DNA of 20,000 bases, taken from Chiloscyllium plagiosum (Eukaryota). Below the pieces are notes generated by a model, which was not told where the DNA came from, did no database searches, and was given only the letters and a program-made list of their open reading frames with translations. Location of the stretch: assembly GCF_004010195.1 (NCBI RefSeq), contig NC_057749.1, positions 8,366,057-8,386,056 of the forward strand, given 5' to 3'. Position 1 is the first letter of the stretch. Every line of letters begins with the position of its first letter. Position numbers and translations under genes: made by a program. Shown here one piece after another: positions 1 to 9,775 of the stretch.

Positions 1-118
1 GCTCAAATGTAGCTCCCCTGTTTATATTGGTCAGCCAGGACCTCCCAACTGGCACAGGTTAACAACACAAATCAAGGTCCTCATAGTCAACAAGATCCAC
101 TTGGTTCCAATCACTACA
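1..118 (-). mobile_element. LTR-like repeat end (truncated by window edge)
   Basis: Minus strand starts TGTAGTGATTGG (TG.. terminus) and contains CCAATATAAA (CAAT/TATA-like). Resembles recalled shark solo-LTR repeats. The other end lies outside the window. Confidence 0.35.
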
Positions 119-995
119 ATATCCCACTGGGGAAGTAGCCCAGATTGTTGTAACTTGAGAGTTAGTGGAGGACTTGAACCCGGTGCCTTCAGACATGATG
201 GACTCAAGCACAGAGCTACAGTTGACACTTAAAATCTTCTCTGGTTCCTCTCTCATGTAGACAGCCAAAAGCTTTCACACTCCACTGCAAGCAGTTAACA
301 GAGAATCAGAGATGCCGCCTAAGTAGGAGGCTGCGGCAGTGACAAAGGGTAGTTGGTTTTAATGTAACTCTGTAATTTCCAATTAAAGCAACAAGTCCCA
401 CTCTGCATTATTGTAAATCAGAATGTCACACACCACGGAAGAGCAAAAAAAAATACCTTTTATTCCAAACGTTAATGAGATGCATACTTGTTATATTACA
501 TAAAAGAACTGTATATTTAATTTTGTAATCTTATAGTTCATTGCCACAGGCCTAGCAACTGGCTCAGGTTTCTGTAGAACATCACTGATGAAATTAATGT
601 CACGACTTTTCATGATCATGATAATTAAGAATACTACTTACACATTTCAAATTAATGATTTTTTTCAAGAAGTGCTTGCTAAGAAACAGAGTTTCTAACT
701 TAACGCTGATTAAAATTTGCAAACATATTTTCTCTCCAGGAAGTTGCAATATTTCTATTCATGTTTCCATGCGTGACTGCGATATAAAGAGTTAGTTATT
801 TCAGTAGCACGATGGAGTCTTTGACAATTTGTTGATGATATTTAGCTACATATTCCAAAGCGTCTTTGAGACATTATTTTTTTTCCTTGAAAAACTTAAA
901 GAGAGTTCTCCTTCCTGTAGCCCTGTGGTTCTTGGATTGTCAGTAAAAACAAGAAAACTGGGTGTATTTGACACTTAAAGAAATGCCAATGCAGA

Positions 996-1130
996 GAAAA
1001 CAGGAAGAACTGCGGATGCTGTAAATCAGAAACAAAAACAGAAATTGCTGGGAAAGCTCAGCAGGTCTGGCAGCATCTGTGGAGAGAAATCAGAGTTAAC
1101 ATTTTGGGTTCAATAACTCTCCCTCAGAAT
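996..1130 (-). mobile_element. Penelope-like terminal repeat (pLTR) fragment with decayed hammerhead motif
   Basis: Shares CAGCAGGTCTGGCAGCATCTG..AGAGTTAAC with 2680-2928, 8166-8377 and 9651-9775. Minus strand reads TTCTGAGGGAGAGTTATTGAACCCAAAATGTTAACT, a degenerate CUGANGA..GAAACGUU. Confidence 0.65.
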
Positions 1131-1254
1131 CAACAGAAAGGTTTCTCAGCGGCATTCCAATAGGATATGGGAGCCATTTCTACATTACTGTACAGAACAA
1201 TGTTATGACATAAGCCCCATTAGTTACAAGATATGTCAAAGAGATGAAGACTAA

Positions 1255-1455
1255 TATATATGTTTGTATGTGTGATTGCAATTATGTACATATGTGAACA
1301 GGTGGATAATTTTGGGTGTATTATGTATGTATTATTTTATGTTTTTGTGTTAATTTGTCTATGTTGTAATGCATGCTGTTATGTATACATGCATTGTTTG
1401 TGTTTTATTGTGCATGTGTGCTGTTTTATATGCTATTATGTGAGTTTATGTTATT
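1255..1455. repeat. Low-complexity T/G/A-rich (TG/TATG-like) degenerate microsatellite
   Basis: Runs of tgtatg/tgtgt/ttatg with almost no C. Confidence 0.8.
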
Positions 1456-1492
1456 GGACAGAGGTTCTGTCTGTGCTTGATGTTCAACAACA

Positions 1493-1992
1493 CACAAGTC
1501 AGGGGTGTGATGGAATACTCCTCACCTGCAGTTGGGTTCTGCTCCAACAACACTCAAGAAGATTGACACCATCCAGGACAAAGCAGCCTGTTTAATTGGC
1601 AGCAACATCCTCGAATTTCCACCACCGACACTCAGTGGCAGTAATGTCTACCATCAACAAGATGCACTGCAGTATCTCACCGAGGCTCCTCCAATCAGTC
1701 CTTCCAAAGCCAACTGCTACCACCTGGAAGGACAAGGGTGTGTAGGATATGTAGGAACACAATCATCTGTAAGTTCCCCTCCAAGCAACTCACCATCCTG
1801 CTTGGGAAATATATCACCATTCCTTAAGTGTGGCGAGGTCAAAATCCTGGAACACCCTCCCTAAGTGACAGTGGGTCTATCTGTCAATGGACTTCAGTGC
1901 TTCAAGAAGGGGACTCATTATCACTTTTTCACGTGCAAGTAAAGATAGATAATAAATGCTGGTTGAGCTAGTGACACCCACTGGAATAAAAA
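1493..1992 (+). mobile_element. 3' end of a decayed CR1/L2-group LINE (RT C-terminus plus 3' UTR)
   Basis: Translates QVRGVMEYS.. then SAPTTLKKIDTIQDKAACLIG, with a frameshift between them; this is a typical post-RT thumb motif. Ends AATAAATGCTGG..GTGACACCCAC..AATAAAAA. Confidence 0.75.
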
Positions 1993-2679
1993 CACAAAAG
2001 TATTAGGTTGTGTAAGATGGCATATAAATGTAATTCTTTCTGCCTGTGAATATACATTTAAATAGAGTTAGATGCTTAGGGGATACACTTTACAGTTTGA
2101 GTTAACTTTGCCACTGTAATGCATCAGGTACCTAAAAATCATCTGACCAGCATTATAGAGGCTGGATTAACCCTTTAAACCCCCTTGTTTAAATCAGAGC
2201 GAATGGAGAACTGAGCAAAAGTGGCAAGGCCTCACCCACTGTTGTTACAGAATGCAATTATGCTCCAGCAAATAAAGCAAGACATTGCAACCTTTGAACA
2301 ATTAGTGACGCAGAAGATCATTTTACACATGACAGCGAAAGAAAAATAATCCTAGAAATTTGTCAGAACTGTCATGTTGCTTCTAATTTACAATCGTGAC
2401 AAATGCTACATTTTGCAATTTAAAATAAACTAACCTTCACCGTTGAATTACTTGAGTTGGATATAAAAGTACAGAATGTCTGTTCTGTATGAGAAACATA
2501 ACCAGTTACAAAACATTGCAGTATGTTCAGGGAGTTCAGAGAATTCAGAATTCTTCTGTTATCTTTTTTAACCCTTACCTTGCTGCTTTACAGCTATTAC
2601 AAAAGATTTTTTTCTCTTATGTGTTGGCCAATGGCCAAAAGAATACTGCAACTGACTCACAAATTCTCAATAAAAACCA

Positions 2680-2928
2680 ATAAAACAGCGGATACTGGAA
2701 AACAGGAATCAAATAAACCAGTTGGACGATAACCCAGTGTTGTGTACCTTCTGACTTTGTCCACCCAGTCCAACACTGGCGCCTCCACAGCATCTGCGGA
2801 GAGGAATCAGAGTTATAGTTTCAGGCCTGGTTCTGTAGAATGGTCACTGGCCCCAAAACGTTAACTCTCATTTCCCTCCACAGATGTTGCCAGACCTGTT
2901 CAATCTTTGCAGCAATTTCTGTTTGTGT
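2680..2928. mobile_element. Inverted pair of Penelope-like terminal repeats; left arm interrupted by another repeat fragment (~2708-2788)
   Basis: GCATCTGCGGAGAGGAATCAGAGTTA (~2790-2815) is the reverse complement of TTAACTCTCATTTCCCTCCACAGATGT (~2861-2887). Decayed hammerhead on + at 2829-2866. Confidence 0.65.
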
Positions 2929-3050
2929 CCCAAATTCTCTGTCCATGCTCCATTTGAACATGGCTTCATCGTTTGATGGAATTATGTACAGGAATGACAG
3001 ATTTAAGAGAAACAGTAGGCCTTTCAGCCCTTTAAGCCTATTTTGCCATT

Positions 3051-3396
3051 AGTGGGAGATGATGGCTACATGGTATTATCACCAAATTATTCATTCACAG
3101 ATCCAGATAATGAACTGGGGAGCATGGTTCAAATCCTAACACAGCAGATGGCTGAATTTGAATTTGATAAAAATCTGAAATGAATGATATTAATTTCTAT
3201 CAACTTAATTGTTGGGGAAATACCCATCTGGTTTATTGATGTCCCTTAGGGAAGGAAACTGCTGTCCCTACCTGGGCTGGGCTACATGAGATTCCAGGCC
3301 ACAGCCTCTTACCTAACGTCTGGGCATTGAGGGATAAGCAGCAAATGTTGGCCTGACCACTGACTCCTACAGCTCTTGAGTGATTCTTTTTTAAAT
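3051..3396 (+). mobile_element. tRNA-derived SINE (second shark family) inserted into an old CR1 3' end (flanks ~2990-3050 and ~3398-3560, minus)
   Basis: B-box-like GGTTCAAATCC at ~3126, then GATGGCTGAATTTGAATT and CCCATCTGGTT..TAGGGAAGGAAA. Same family at 4783-4990 (+), 5110-5312 (-) and 19225-19348 (-). Confidence 0.7.
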
Positions 3397-3615
3397 ATAA
3401 GGTCATGGCTGATCTGATTGTGATCTCAACTCCACTTTCATATCTGCCAAATTTCCTACCCCTCCCCCAACCCACCCCAACAATAACCCTCAACTCCATC
3501 ACCCAGCAAAAATAACCTAACTCTTAGAGTTACTCTTGGATCTGTCTCCAGCAGAATATTCCAGAAACCTGGCCGATGGTTAGCCCTCAGACAACATCAT
3601 TGCCTTCTTAGGACC

Positions 3616-3780
3616 ATGCTGCTGTTTGGGGGATCTTGTTGCGCGTAAATCTGGCTGCCATATTTCTGCATGTTACATCAGTGACTACATCAAAAAGTAC
3701 TCAATTGGCTGTGATGGGGTTTGGAGCATTCTGAGATCATAAGCAGATGCTATAGAAATCCACATGTTCCCTTTTTCTCT
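3616..3780 (+). mobile_element. Deu-domain SINE 3' part (AmnSINE1/SacSINE1-like)
   Basis: TGCTGTTTGGGGGATCTTGTTGCGCGTAAATCTGGCTGCC..CAGTGACTACATCAAAAAGTAC..ATTGGCTGTG..GCTATAGAAAT matches the recalled Deu-SINE tail. Confidence 0.7.
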
Positions 3781-3835
3781 AGAAAATGGCCAGTCAGAAA
3801 TTTCTCATGTGAAGCTGGAAATCATATTCAAGGAA

Positions 3836-4343
3836 AGTAGAATCATAGGCATAGAGACGTATAGCATGGAAACAGACCCTTCAGTTCAAATCGTCCATGC
3901 CAGCCAGATATGCAACCTAATCCTGTCCCATTTCCATACGCGCACCACCCTCTGCGTAAAAATGTTATCCCTTAGGTCACTTTTAAATCTTTCCCTTCTC
4001 ACCTCAAACCTATGCCCTAAATCTGTTTACCCTATCCATACCCCTCATGATTTTATGAACCTGTATAAGGTCACCCCTCAGCCTCCGATGCTCCAGGGAA
4101 ACCAACCCCAGCCTATTCAGCCTTTCTCTATAGCTCAAATCCTCCAACCCTGGCAAGATCCTTGTAAATCTTTTCTGAACCCTTTCAAGTTTGACAACAT
4201 CCTTCCAATAGGAGGGAGACCAGAATTGCACACAATATTCCAAAAATCGCTTATCCAATGTCCTGTACAGTCGCAACATGACCTCCCAACTCCTATGCTC
4301 AATGCTCTGACCAATAAAGGAAAGGAAGCCAAACGCCTTCTTC
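3836..4343 (-). mobile_element. CR1/HER1-type LINE 3' fragment, 5'-truncated, with internal deletion
   Basis: ORF 4010-4279(-) reads LYRTL..LEYCVQFWSPSYWKDVVKLERVQKRFTRILPGLEDLSYRERLNRLGLVSLEHRRLRGDLI, the CR1 ORF2 C-terminus. Tail CTCTATGCCTATGATTC on minus. Confidence 0.92.
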
Positions 4344-4346
4344 AGT

Positions 4347-4569
4347 AGTCGAGACTGTGTTGCTGGTAAAGCACATCAGGTCAGGCAGCATCTGAAGAGC
4401 AGGAGAATCGATGTGTTGGGCATAAGCCCTTCATCATGATTCCTGATTAAGGGTTTATGCGCGAGACACCGATTCTCCTGCTCCTCGGATGCTGCCTGAC
4501 CTGCTGTGCTTTTTCAGCACCACACTCTCAACTCTGACCTCTAGCATCTGCAGTCCTCAGTTTCTCCTA
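4347..4569. mobile_element. Palindromic element made of two inverted Penelope-like terminal repeats (~190-bp hairpin plus 3' tail)
   Basis: 4347-4436 is the reverse complement of ~4442-4533. Only the right arm continues into the CTCTAGCATCTGCAGTCCTCAGTTTCTCC tail. Confidence 0.8.
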
Positions 4570-4782
4570 ATCTTCTTGTTTAAGGGTTCAAGTCCCACCT
4601 TGTTTGGAATGTGCCATAAAATGGCTGACCAAATTAAGTTTCTTTCATTATTAATTTCCTGTTACACTACAGAAAGCAGCGGTCAATCCTACATAAGGCA
4701 GACCCATTTAGCAATGGGCTAATTGATCATTTAATTTATTTAACATACAGTCATTGAGGGATAAGTATTGGTCAATTTACTT

Positions 4783-4990
4783 AAAAACCCATCTGGTTCA
4801 TTAATGCCCTTTAGGGAAGGAAACCGGTCATCCTTACCTGGTCTTGCCTACATGTGACTCTAGACCCACAATAATGTTGAGTTACACTCATCTGCCTTCT
4901 GGAATGGCCTTGGAAACCTCTCAGTTCAAGAGCACAAAGAGATGGTCAATACTTACTGGATCCTGCCTGTGACATCCACATCCCATGAAA
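4783..4990 (+). mobile_element. 3' half of the tRNA-SINE family seen at 3051-3396
   Basis: AAAAACCCATCTGGTTCATTAATGCCCTTTAGGGAAGGAAA..CCTACATGTGACTC..GACATCCACATCCCATGAA. Confidence 0.7.
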
Positions 4991-5109
4991 GGTGAACTAC
5001 AAGGTTTAACATTGTGCCCAAGAACCTGCACATCCTGAAACAGTGAAACACTGCCAGTGTTAGCCTGAATTATGAGCTCATGCGTGTGTGTCAGTGAACC
5101 TACAACCTG

Positions 5110-5312
5110 TCAGCCAGACCAGGAAAGGATGGCAGTTTCCTTCCCGCAAGAGCATTAGTGAACAAGATTTCATGGGCTCCATTAGTTTAGATTAATGTCA
5201 GAATTTGTTTTAAATTAAATTCAAATTCCGTCATGGCAGGATTTGAACCCACGTGCCCAGAATGTTATCTGGCTCTCTGGCTTAAATAGCCCAGCAATAG
5301 TATCACAAGGTC
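5110..5312 (-). mobile_element. 5' part of the same tRNA-SINE family
   Basis: GGATTTGAACCC (minus-strand B-box), AATTCAAATTCC and CAGTTTCCTTCCC. Confidence 0.6.
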
Positions 5313-5318
5313 ATTAGG

Positions 5319-5417
5319 TAAAAACGAGGACTGCAGACGCTGGAAACCCAAGTCTGGATTAGAGTGTTGCTGGAAAAGCACAGCAGGTCAGGCAGCATCC
5401 AAGGAGCAGGAAAATCG
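5319..5417 (-). mobile_element. Penelope-like terminal repeat fragment, truncated near the hammerhead position
   Basis: GAGGACTGCAGACGCTGG..GCTGGAAAAGCACAGCAGGTCAGGCAGCATCCAAGGAGCAGGAAAATCG; same family as 19778-19877. Confidence 0.75.
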
Positions 5418-5461
5418 TTGCCTCCCTTTGGCTGTGGAGGCTGTGATCTACCTACCAGATC

Positions 5462-5598
5462 ATTGGAAAGCAAAAGTGAGAAGTGCAGATTCCAGAGATT
5501 AGAGTCAAGAGTGTGGTACTGGAAGAGCACAGCAGGTCAGGCAGCATCCAAGGAGCAGGATAATCAACGTTTTGGGCAAAAGCCCTTCATCAGGAGAG
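5462..5598 (-). mobile_element. Solo Penelope-like terminal repeat with hammerhead motif and 10-bp target-site duplication
   Basis: CTACCAGATC at 5452-5461 and 5599-5608. Minus strand reads CCTGATGAAGGGCTTTTGCCCAAAACGTTGAT. Confidence 0.8.
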
Positions 5599-5884
5599 CT
5601 ACCAGATCTCTACCCAGTGTAGAATGCACATAGGTTAAAGTTCAGTATTCAGACCCTCTGACATGTTCTTCCAGCCCAGCTAGCCCACCAACAGCAATGG
5701 TTCTGTACTTCACACCATGTGAGCTATCAATAGACGGAGCAAGGAAACCGAGAGGGAGAGCAAAACCACATTTTGGCAGGTAATCTAGTCTGAAAACTGA
5801 TCACCCAGTTCAAAATAACACTGGTATGGAAGCTTAGAACGACATGCACAGCACTGGGAGTGACCTGAGAAGATAGGAGCAAGC

Positions 5885-5965
5885 AGCTAAGGGAAATATA
5901 TTGTCAAAGCTTTTTAATCCTGTGCTAGTCAGGGCAAATACAAGAATGCCAAATCTCAAATGATC
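5885..5965 (-). mobile_element. Second Penelope-like family 3' end (decayed hammerhead, AAGCUU stem III)
   Basis: Minus strand TTTGGCATTCTTGTATTTGCCCTGACTAGCACAGGATTAAAAAGCTTTGACAA; homologous to 6863-6914 and 18877-18927. Confidence 0.55.
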
Positions 5966-6127
5966 ACAACAATATATGCCGCAGGAGAAAAGGGTGTGAC
6001 TGGTCCACTTGGAATGACTAAGATGTTGGCATGGAGGAAAAATCAGATCATTAAACTTGGATGTATTCCCTGATATTAAACATATGCCACCTCTTGCAAG
6101 CACAAATGAGTTAAACCTTTATTGATC

Positions 6128-6710
6128 AATGCATTGAGTACAGGAGTTGAGAAGTCACTGTACAGGACATTGGTTAGGCCACTTTTGGAATATTGCATGC
6201 AGTCATGGTCTCCTTGCAATTGAAAGACTATTGTGAAACTTGAAAGGGTTCAGAAAAGATTTACAAGGATGTTGCCAAGGTTGGAGGGTTTGAGCTACAG
6301 AGAGAAGTTGAATAGGGTGGGACTGTTTCAGCTGGAGCACCGGAGGCTGAGGGGTGACTTTATCATGGTTTATAAAATCATGAGGGGCATGGATAGGGTA
6401 AATAGCCAAGGTCTTTATCTGTGGTGGGGGAGTCCAGAACTAGAGGGCATACCTTTGGGGTGAGAGATGTAAAAGGGACCTAAGGGGCAACTTTTTCATG
6501 CACAAGGTGGTGTGTGAATGGAATGAGCTGCCAGAGAAAGTGATGGAGGCTGGTACAATTGCAACATTTAGAAGGCATCTGGATGGGTATATGAATGGGA
6601 AAGTTTTAGAGGGATATGGGTCAAATGCTGGAAAATGGAACTAGATTAATTAATGGACAAGTTGGACCAAAGGACTTGATTCCATGCTGTACAGCTCTAT
6701 GACTCTGACT
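6128..6710 (+). mobile_element. CR1/HER1-type LINE 3' fragment
   Basis: ORF 6233-6463 reads KLERVQKRFTRMLPRLEGLSYREKLNRVGLFQLEHRRLRGD. 3' UTR ends GCTGTACAGCTCTATGACTCTGACTC. Confidence 0.92.
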
Positions 6711-6794
6711 CCATCTTAAATTGTTGCGAGTTTAGCTATTGGTGCACTCAGTGCACTTCCTGATATCCCTTTGAGTTCACTGTTACTTTCTCAA

Positions 6795-6942
6795 TGGGCA
6801 GTACCTCAGCCAATCAGAGCCAAGTTGTCAACCAATCAGTATCTCTTTCCTCTGTAAAATAATTTGGCATTCTTGTACTTATCCTGATGAGAATGAGACA
6901 AAAAGCTTCAACAACGTATCTCTCTTTTCAACAATATTCAAA
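6795..6942 (+). mobile_element. Second Penelope-like family 3' end with hammerhead-like motif at 6879-6914
   Basis: CCAATCAG twice, then TTTGGCATTCTTGT, then TTATC-CTGATGA-GAATGAGAC-AAA-AAGCTTC-AACAA. Confidence 0.6.
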
Positions 6943-7429
6943 CGGAATGCCACCTATTTAAGAAAAATGAATCGGGTGAGGAGAATTTGTTTGTTTAATA
7001 AACTACACAGTGTGACTCCTGAACATCCCATCATCACCCACTGTGTTTTATCTGTTTTAGATATATAATCAGAATGTAATCTGTCATAAACCTCTCTGAA
7101 ATACAAGAACAATCAGTTCCTGTTGGGAAAATAACATTTAGTTTGAAATACAAGCACAGCTCCTGTGGCAGATTAAAGCAGTCGTTCCTCCATTATTTTC
7201 TTTGGGCCAACAATTTTGCTCACAAGGTAGAGGAGATCATTGCATTTTATGGCTAGAATGATAAAGTAACCAACATTGCCTGTAGTTCAATTAGCCCTCT
7301 GGTCTCTGAATCACAACATTGAAATTTTTAGTCTCATCTCAGACTTCAAAACAAACAGCCATGAAAGCTGAGGGACCAGTTCATCCATATGCAACAGCTT
7401 CACAAATGCATTACCTCAATGCCAATTCT

Positions 7430-7898
7430 TTGATTTTTGATTTTATTTGGTTTATTATTATCACATGTACCTACATACAGAGAAAAAAATTGTTTTGCAT
7501 GCAGTACAGGCAGATCATACTGTACAACGTGCATTAAGGTAACAGAACAGAGTGAGGGATACAATGTTATGGCTGCAGAGATGATGCACAAAGAACGAGG
7601 TCAACATTAAATTTAAAACTTGAAGTTCCTTTCAGAAGTTTAATAACAGCAGGGAAGAAGCTGTTCTTGAATCTGTCGGTATGTGTGTTTAAGCTTTTGT
7701 ATCTTCCATCTGACAGAACACGTTTGAAGCGATAATAACTGGGGTGGGAGGGGCGTTTGATGATCTCAAGACAACGAGAAGCGTAGATAGAGTCAATGGA
7801 TGGAAGGTTGGTTTGTGTGATGGACTGGGCTGTGTTCACAACTCTCTGTAGTTTCTTATGGTCCTGGGCAGAGCAGTTGCCATATCAAGCTGTGATGC
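7430..7898 (-). mobile_element. Rex1/Babar-like LINE 3' fragment
   Basis: ORF 7567-7839(-) reads TAQSITQTNLPSIDSIYASRCL..IIKRPSHP..GRYKSLNTHTDRFKNSFFPAVIKLL, the Rex1/Babar C-terminal motif. Degenerate (AAATC)n tail. Confidence 0.8.
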
Positions 7899-7899
7899 A

Positions 7900-8160
7900 T
7901 ATAAAAGCAATGCAGCAGCCAATCTGTGAACAGGAAGATCCCACAAGCAATGTGATGATTGCCACCCTATCTCTCACAACGTTGATTGAAGGTAAAGTAT
8001 CAAATGGTAGAGGATGACCTTTTTGTCACCTATGAATAGTTTTGTGAAAACTTTGAGCATGAAATTGATTCAACATTGCACCCACAATTCCCCAGTCCAT
8101 CTCCTCATCAATGCTGCACTGGAGTAAAAGCTCAACTTTTAAAGTGGGACTTCAACCCTC
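7900..8160 (-). mobile_element. Decayed Deu-domain SINE
   Basis: GCAGCCAATCTGTGAACAGGAAGATCCCACAAGCAATGTGATGA (reverse complement of the Deu tail) through GCTGCACTGGAG..GTGGGACTTCAACCC (reverse complement of the tRNA head). Confidence 0.6.
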
Positions 8161-8165
8161 AGTGA

Positions 8166-8377
8166 AATAAAGCAAAAAAAACCCGCAGATGCTGGAAATC
8201 TGAAATTCAACAGGTCTGGCAGCATCTACGCACAGAGAGAAGCAGCGTTAATGTTTCGAGTCCAGTGACTCGTCACCATTTCTGAAAAGTCACCAGACTC
8301 AAACCCTTAACTCTGCTTTCTCCACACAAATGCTGCTAGACCTGCTGAGTTTCTCCAGCAATCTTTGCTTTTGTTTA
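8166..8377. mobile_element. Inverted pair of Penelope-like terminal repeats
   Basis: CAGGTCTGGCAGCATCT..GCAGCGTTAA versus TTAACTCTGCTTTCTCCACACAAATGCTGCTAGACCTG. Only the left arm has the GCAGATGCTGG tail. Confidence 0.7.
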
Positions 8378-9107
8378 TGAACTCTCTATCAACCAAGCCA
8401 AGATAATAGGGTCTATGAGCATTGCATCTGTTGAAAAGCAAATCAAATTTGTTCAACAATTTTGCAGTCCTACTGTCTTTTTTGCACTAAGTATCCTTTT
8501 GTTTTTAAACCCACCACCAACTCACCCAATCATTTAATCTAAAACAAGCAATAAGTTACAAACATTGCCCACTAGGGCAGTGCAACAATAACAAAGGGGA
8601 CAGGTGGGGAAAGAGGAAGATGTTAAATTAAAACCAAGTTGGAGGGGGTACTCCAACTCCCATGGTGCCCACCTCTCTCTAATTGCTTACTAAGTGCAAT
8701 CCTTTCGGTGCAATACCTCTAACAAAACACCCGGGCTTCCTGCAACCTTCATCTATTTTTAACTCAACCTGTTTAGTTATTTCGTAACATACCTCTGAAC
8801 CAGTTTTATATTCTCTAATCTGCCAATGTCAACAGGTCTGGCAGCATCTACGCACAGAGAAACATTTGGTCCCTCCAAAAGACCTATCCATTTGCCTGGA
8901 TCATTAACATTGGGCAGCCTAGTGAAGATCTTGCATGTTGTATGTCAGAGATACTGCTTGGTTCACCAGTGGGTGAACAGATGCTTACACTGAAGCAGAC
9001 ACCCGACAAAACGTGTGAATAGCATGCACTTTTTCATTATTTGTTCATGGGACTTTTCTCCTTTCAGAAACTCCTTACAGAAACTCATTTCAATTCTGAA
9101 GAAGAGT

Positions 9108-9635
9108 GATTTGATTTGATTTGATTTGACTTATTATCATCACAGGCACTGAGATACAGTGAAATGTATTGTTTTGCGTGCTATCCAGGCAAATCATACC
9201 TTACAATAAGTACATCTGTGTTATAGAACAGAATGCAGAATATTGTATTACCGTGAGAGAGAAGATGTAGAGAAAGATCAATTCTAATATATGAGAGGTC
9301 CGTTCATAAGTCTGATAACAGCAGGGAAGAAGCTGTTCTAGATTCTATTGGTACACCCTTTCAAAGATGGTAGATGGTAAAAGAGAGTATAACCGATGTG
9401 GGGAGGATCTTTGTCTGCTTCCCCAAGGCAGCAGGAAGTGCAAACGGAGTCAATGGATGGAAGGCTGGCTTTCCTGATGGACTGAACTGTGTTCACAGCT
9501 CTCTGTAATTTCTTGCAGTCTTGGGCAGGGCAGTTGCCATACCAAGCGGTGATAGGATCCAGATAGGATGCGTTCTATGGTGCACCTATAAAATTTGGTA
9601 AGAGTCATCGTTGACATGCCAAATTTCCTCAATCT
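9108..9635 (-). mobile_element. Rex1/Babar-like LINE 3' fragment with (AAATC)n tail
   Basis: RKFGMSTMTLTKFYRCTIERILSG (ORF 9450-9632). Homologous to 7430-7898. (GATTT)4 at 9108-9128. Confidence 0.8.
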
Positions 9636-9650
9636 TCTAAGGGAGATTTG

Positions 9651-9775
9651 GAGTCATAGCGGACATGAAACATTAACTCAGTCTCTCTCGCCACAGAAGC
9701 TGCCAGACCTGCTGACTTTCTCCAGAAATATCTGTGGTTGCCACTGACTTCCAGCATCCACAGTATCTTGCTTTG
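9651..9775 (+). mobile_element. Penelope-like terminal repeat, 3' part (5' part at 9092-9110, split by the LINE)
   Basis: GAGTCATAGCGGACATGAAACATTAACTC..GCTGCCAGACCTGCTGAC..TTCCAGCATCCACAGTA. Confidence 0.65.

Noticed and set aside
31..268. Two short minus-strand ORFs
   Set aside because: They span an LTR-like end and a decayed SINE head (GGACTTGAACCC at ~170-181); no protein similarity recognised.
1260..1595. Cys/hydrophobic 111-aa ORF
   Set aside because: Product of TG-rich low-complexity DNA running into a LINE.
2573..2610. Minus-strand 15-nt microexon (TAG|CTGTAAAGCAGCAAG|GTAAGG)
   Set aside because: Weak pyrimidine tract and no recognisable peptide; cannot be supported from sequence alone.
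3764..4348. Longest ORF (194 aa, +) as a gene
   Set aside because: Antisense frame of a CR1 ORF2 fragment.
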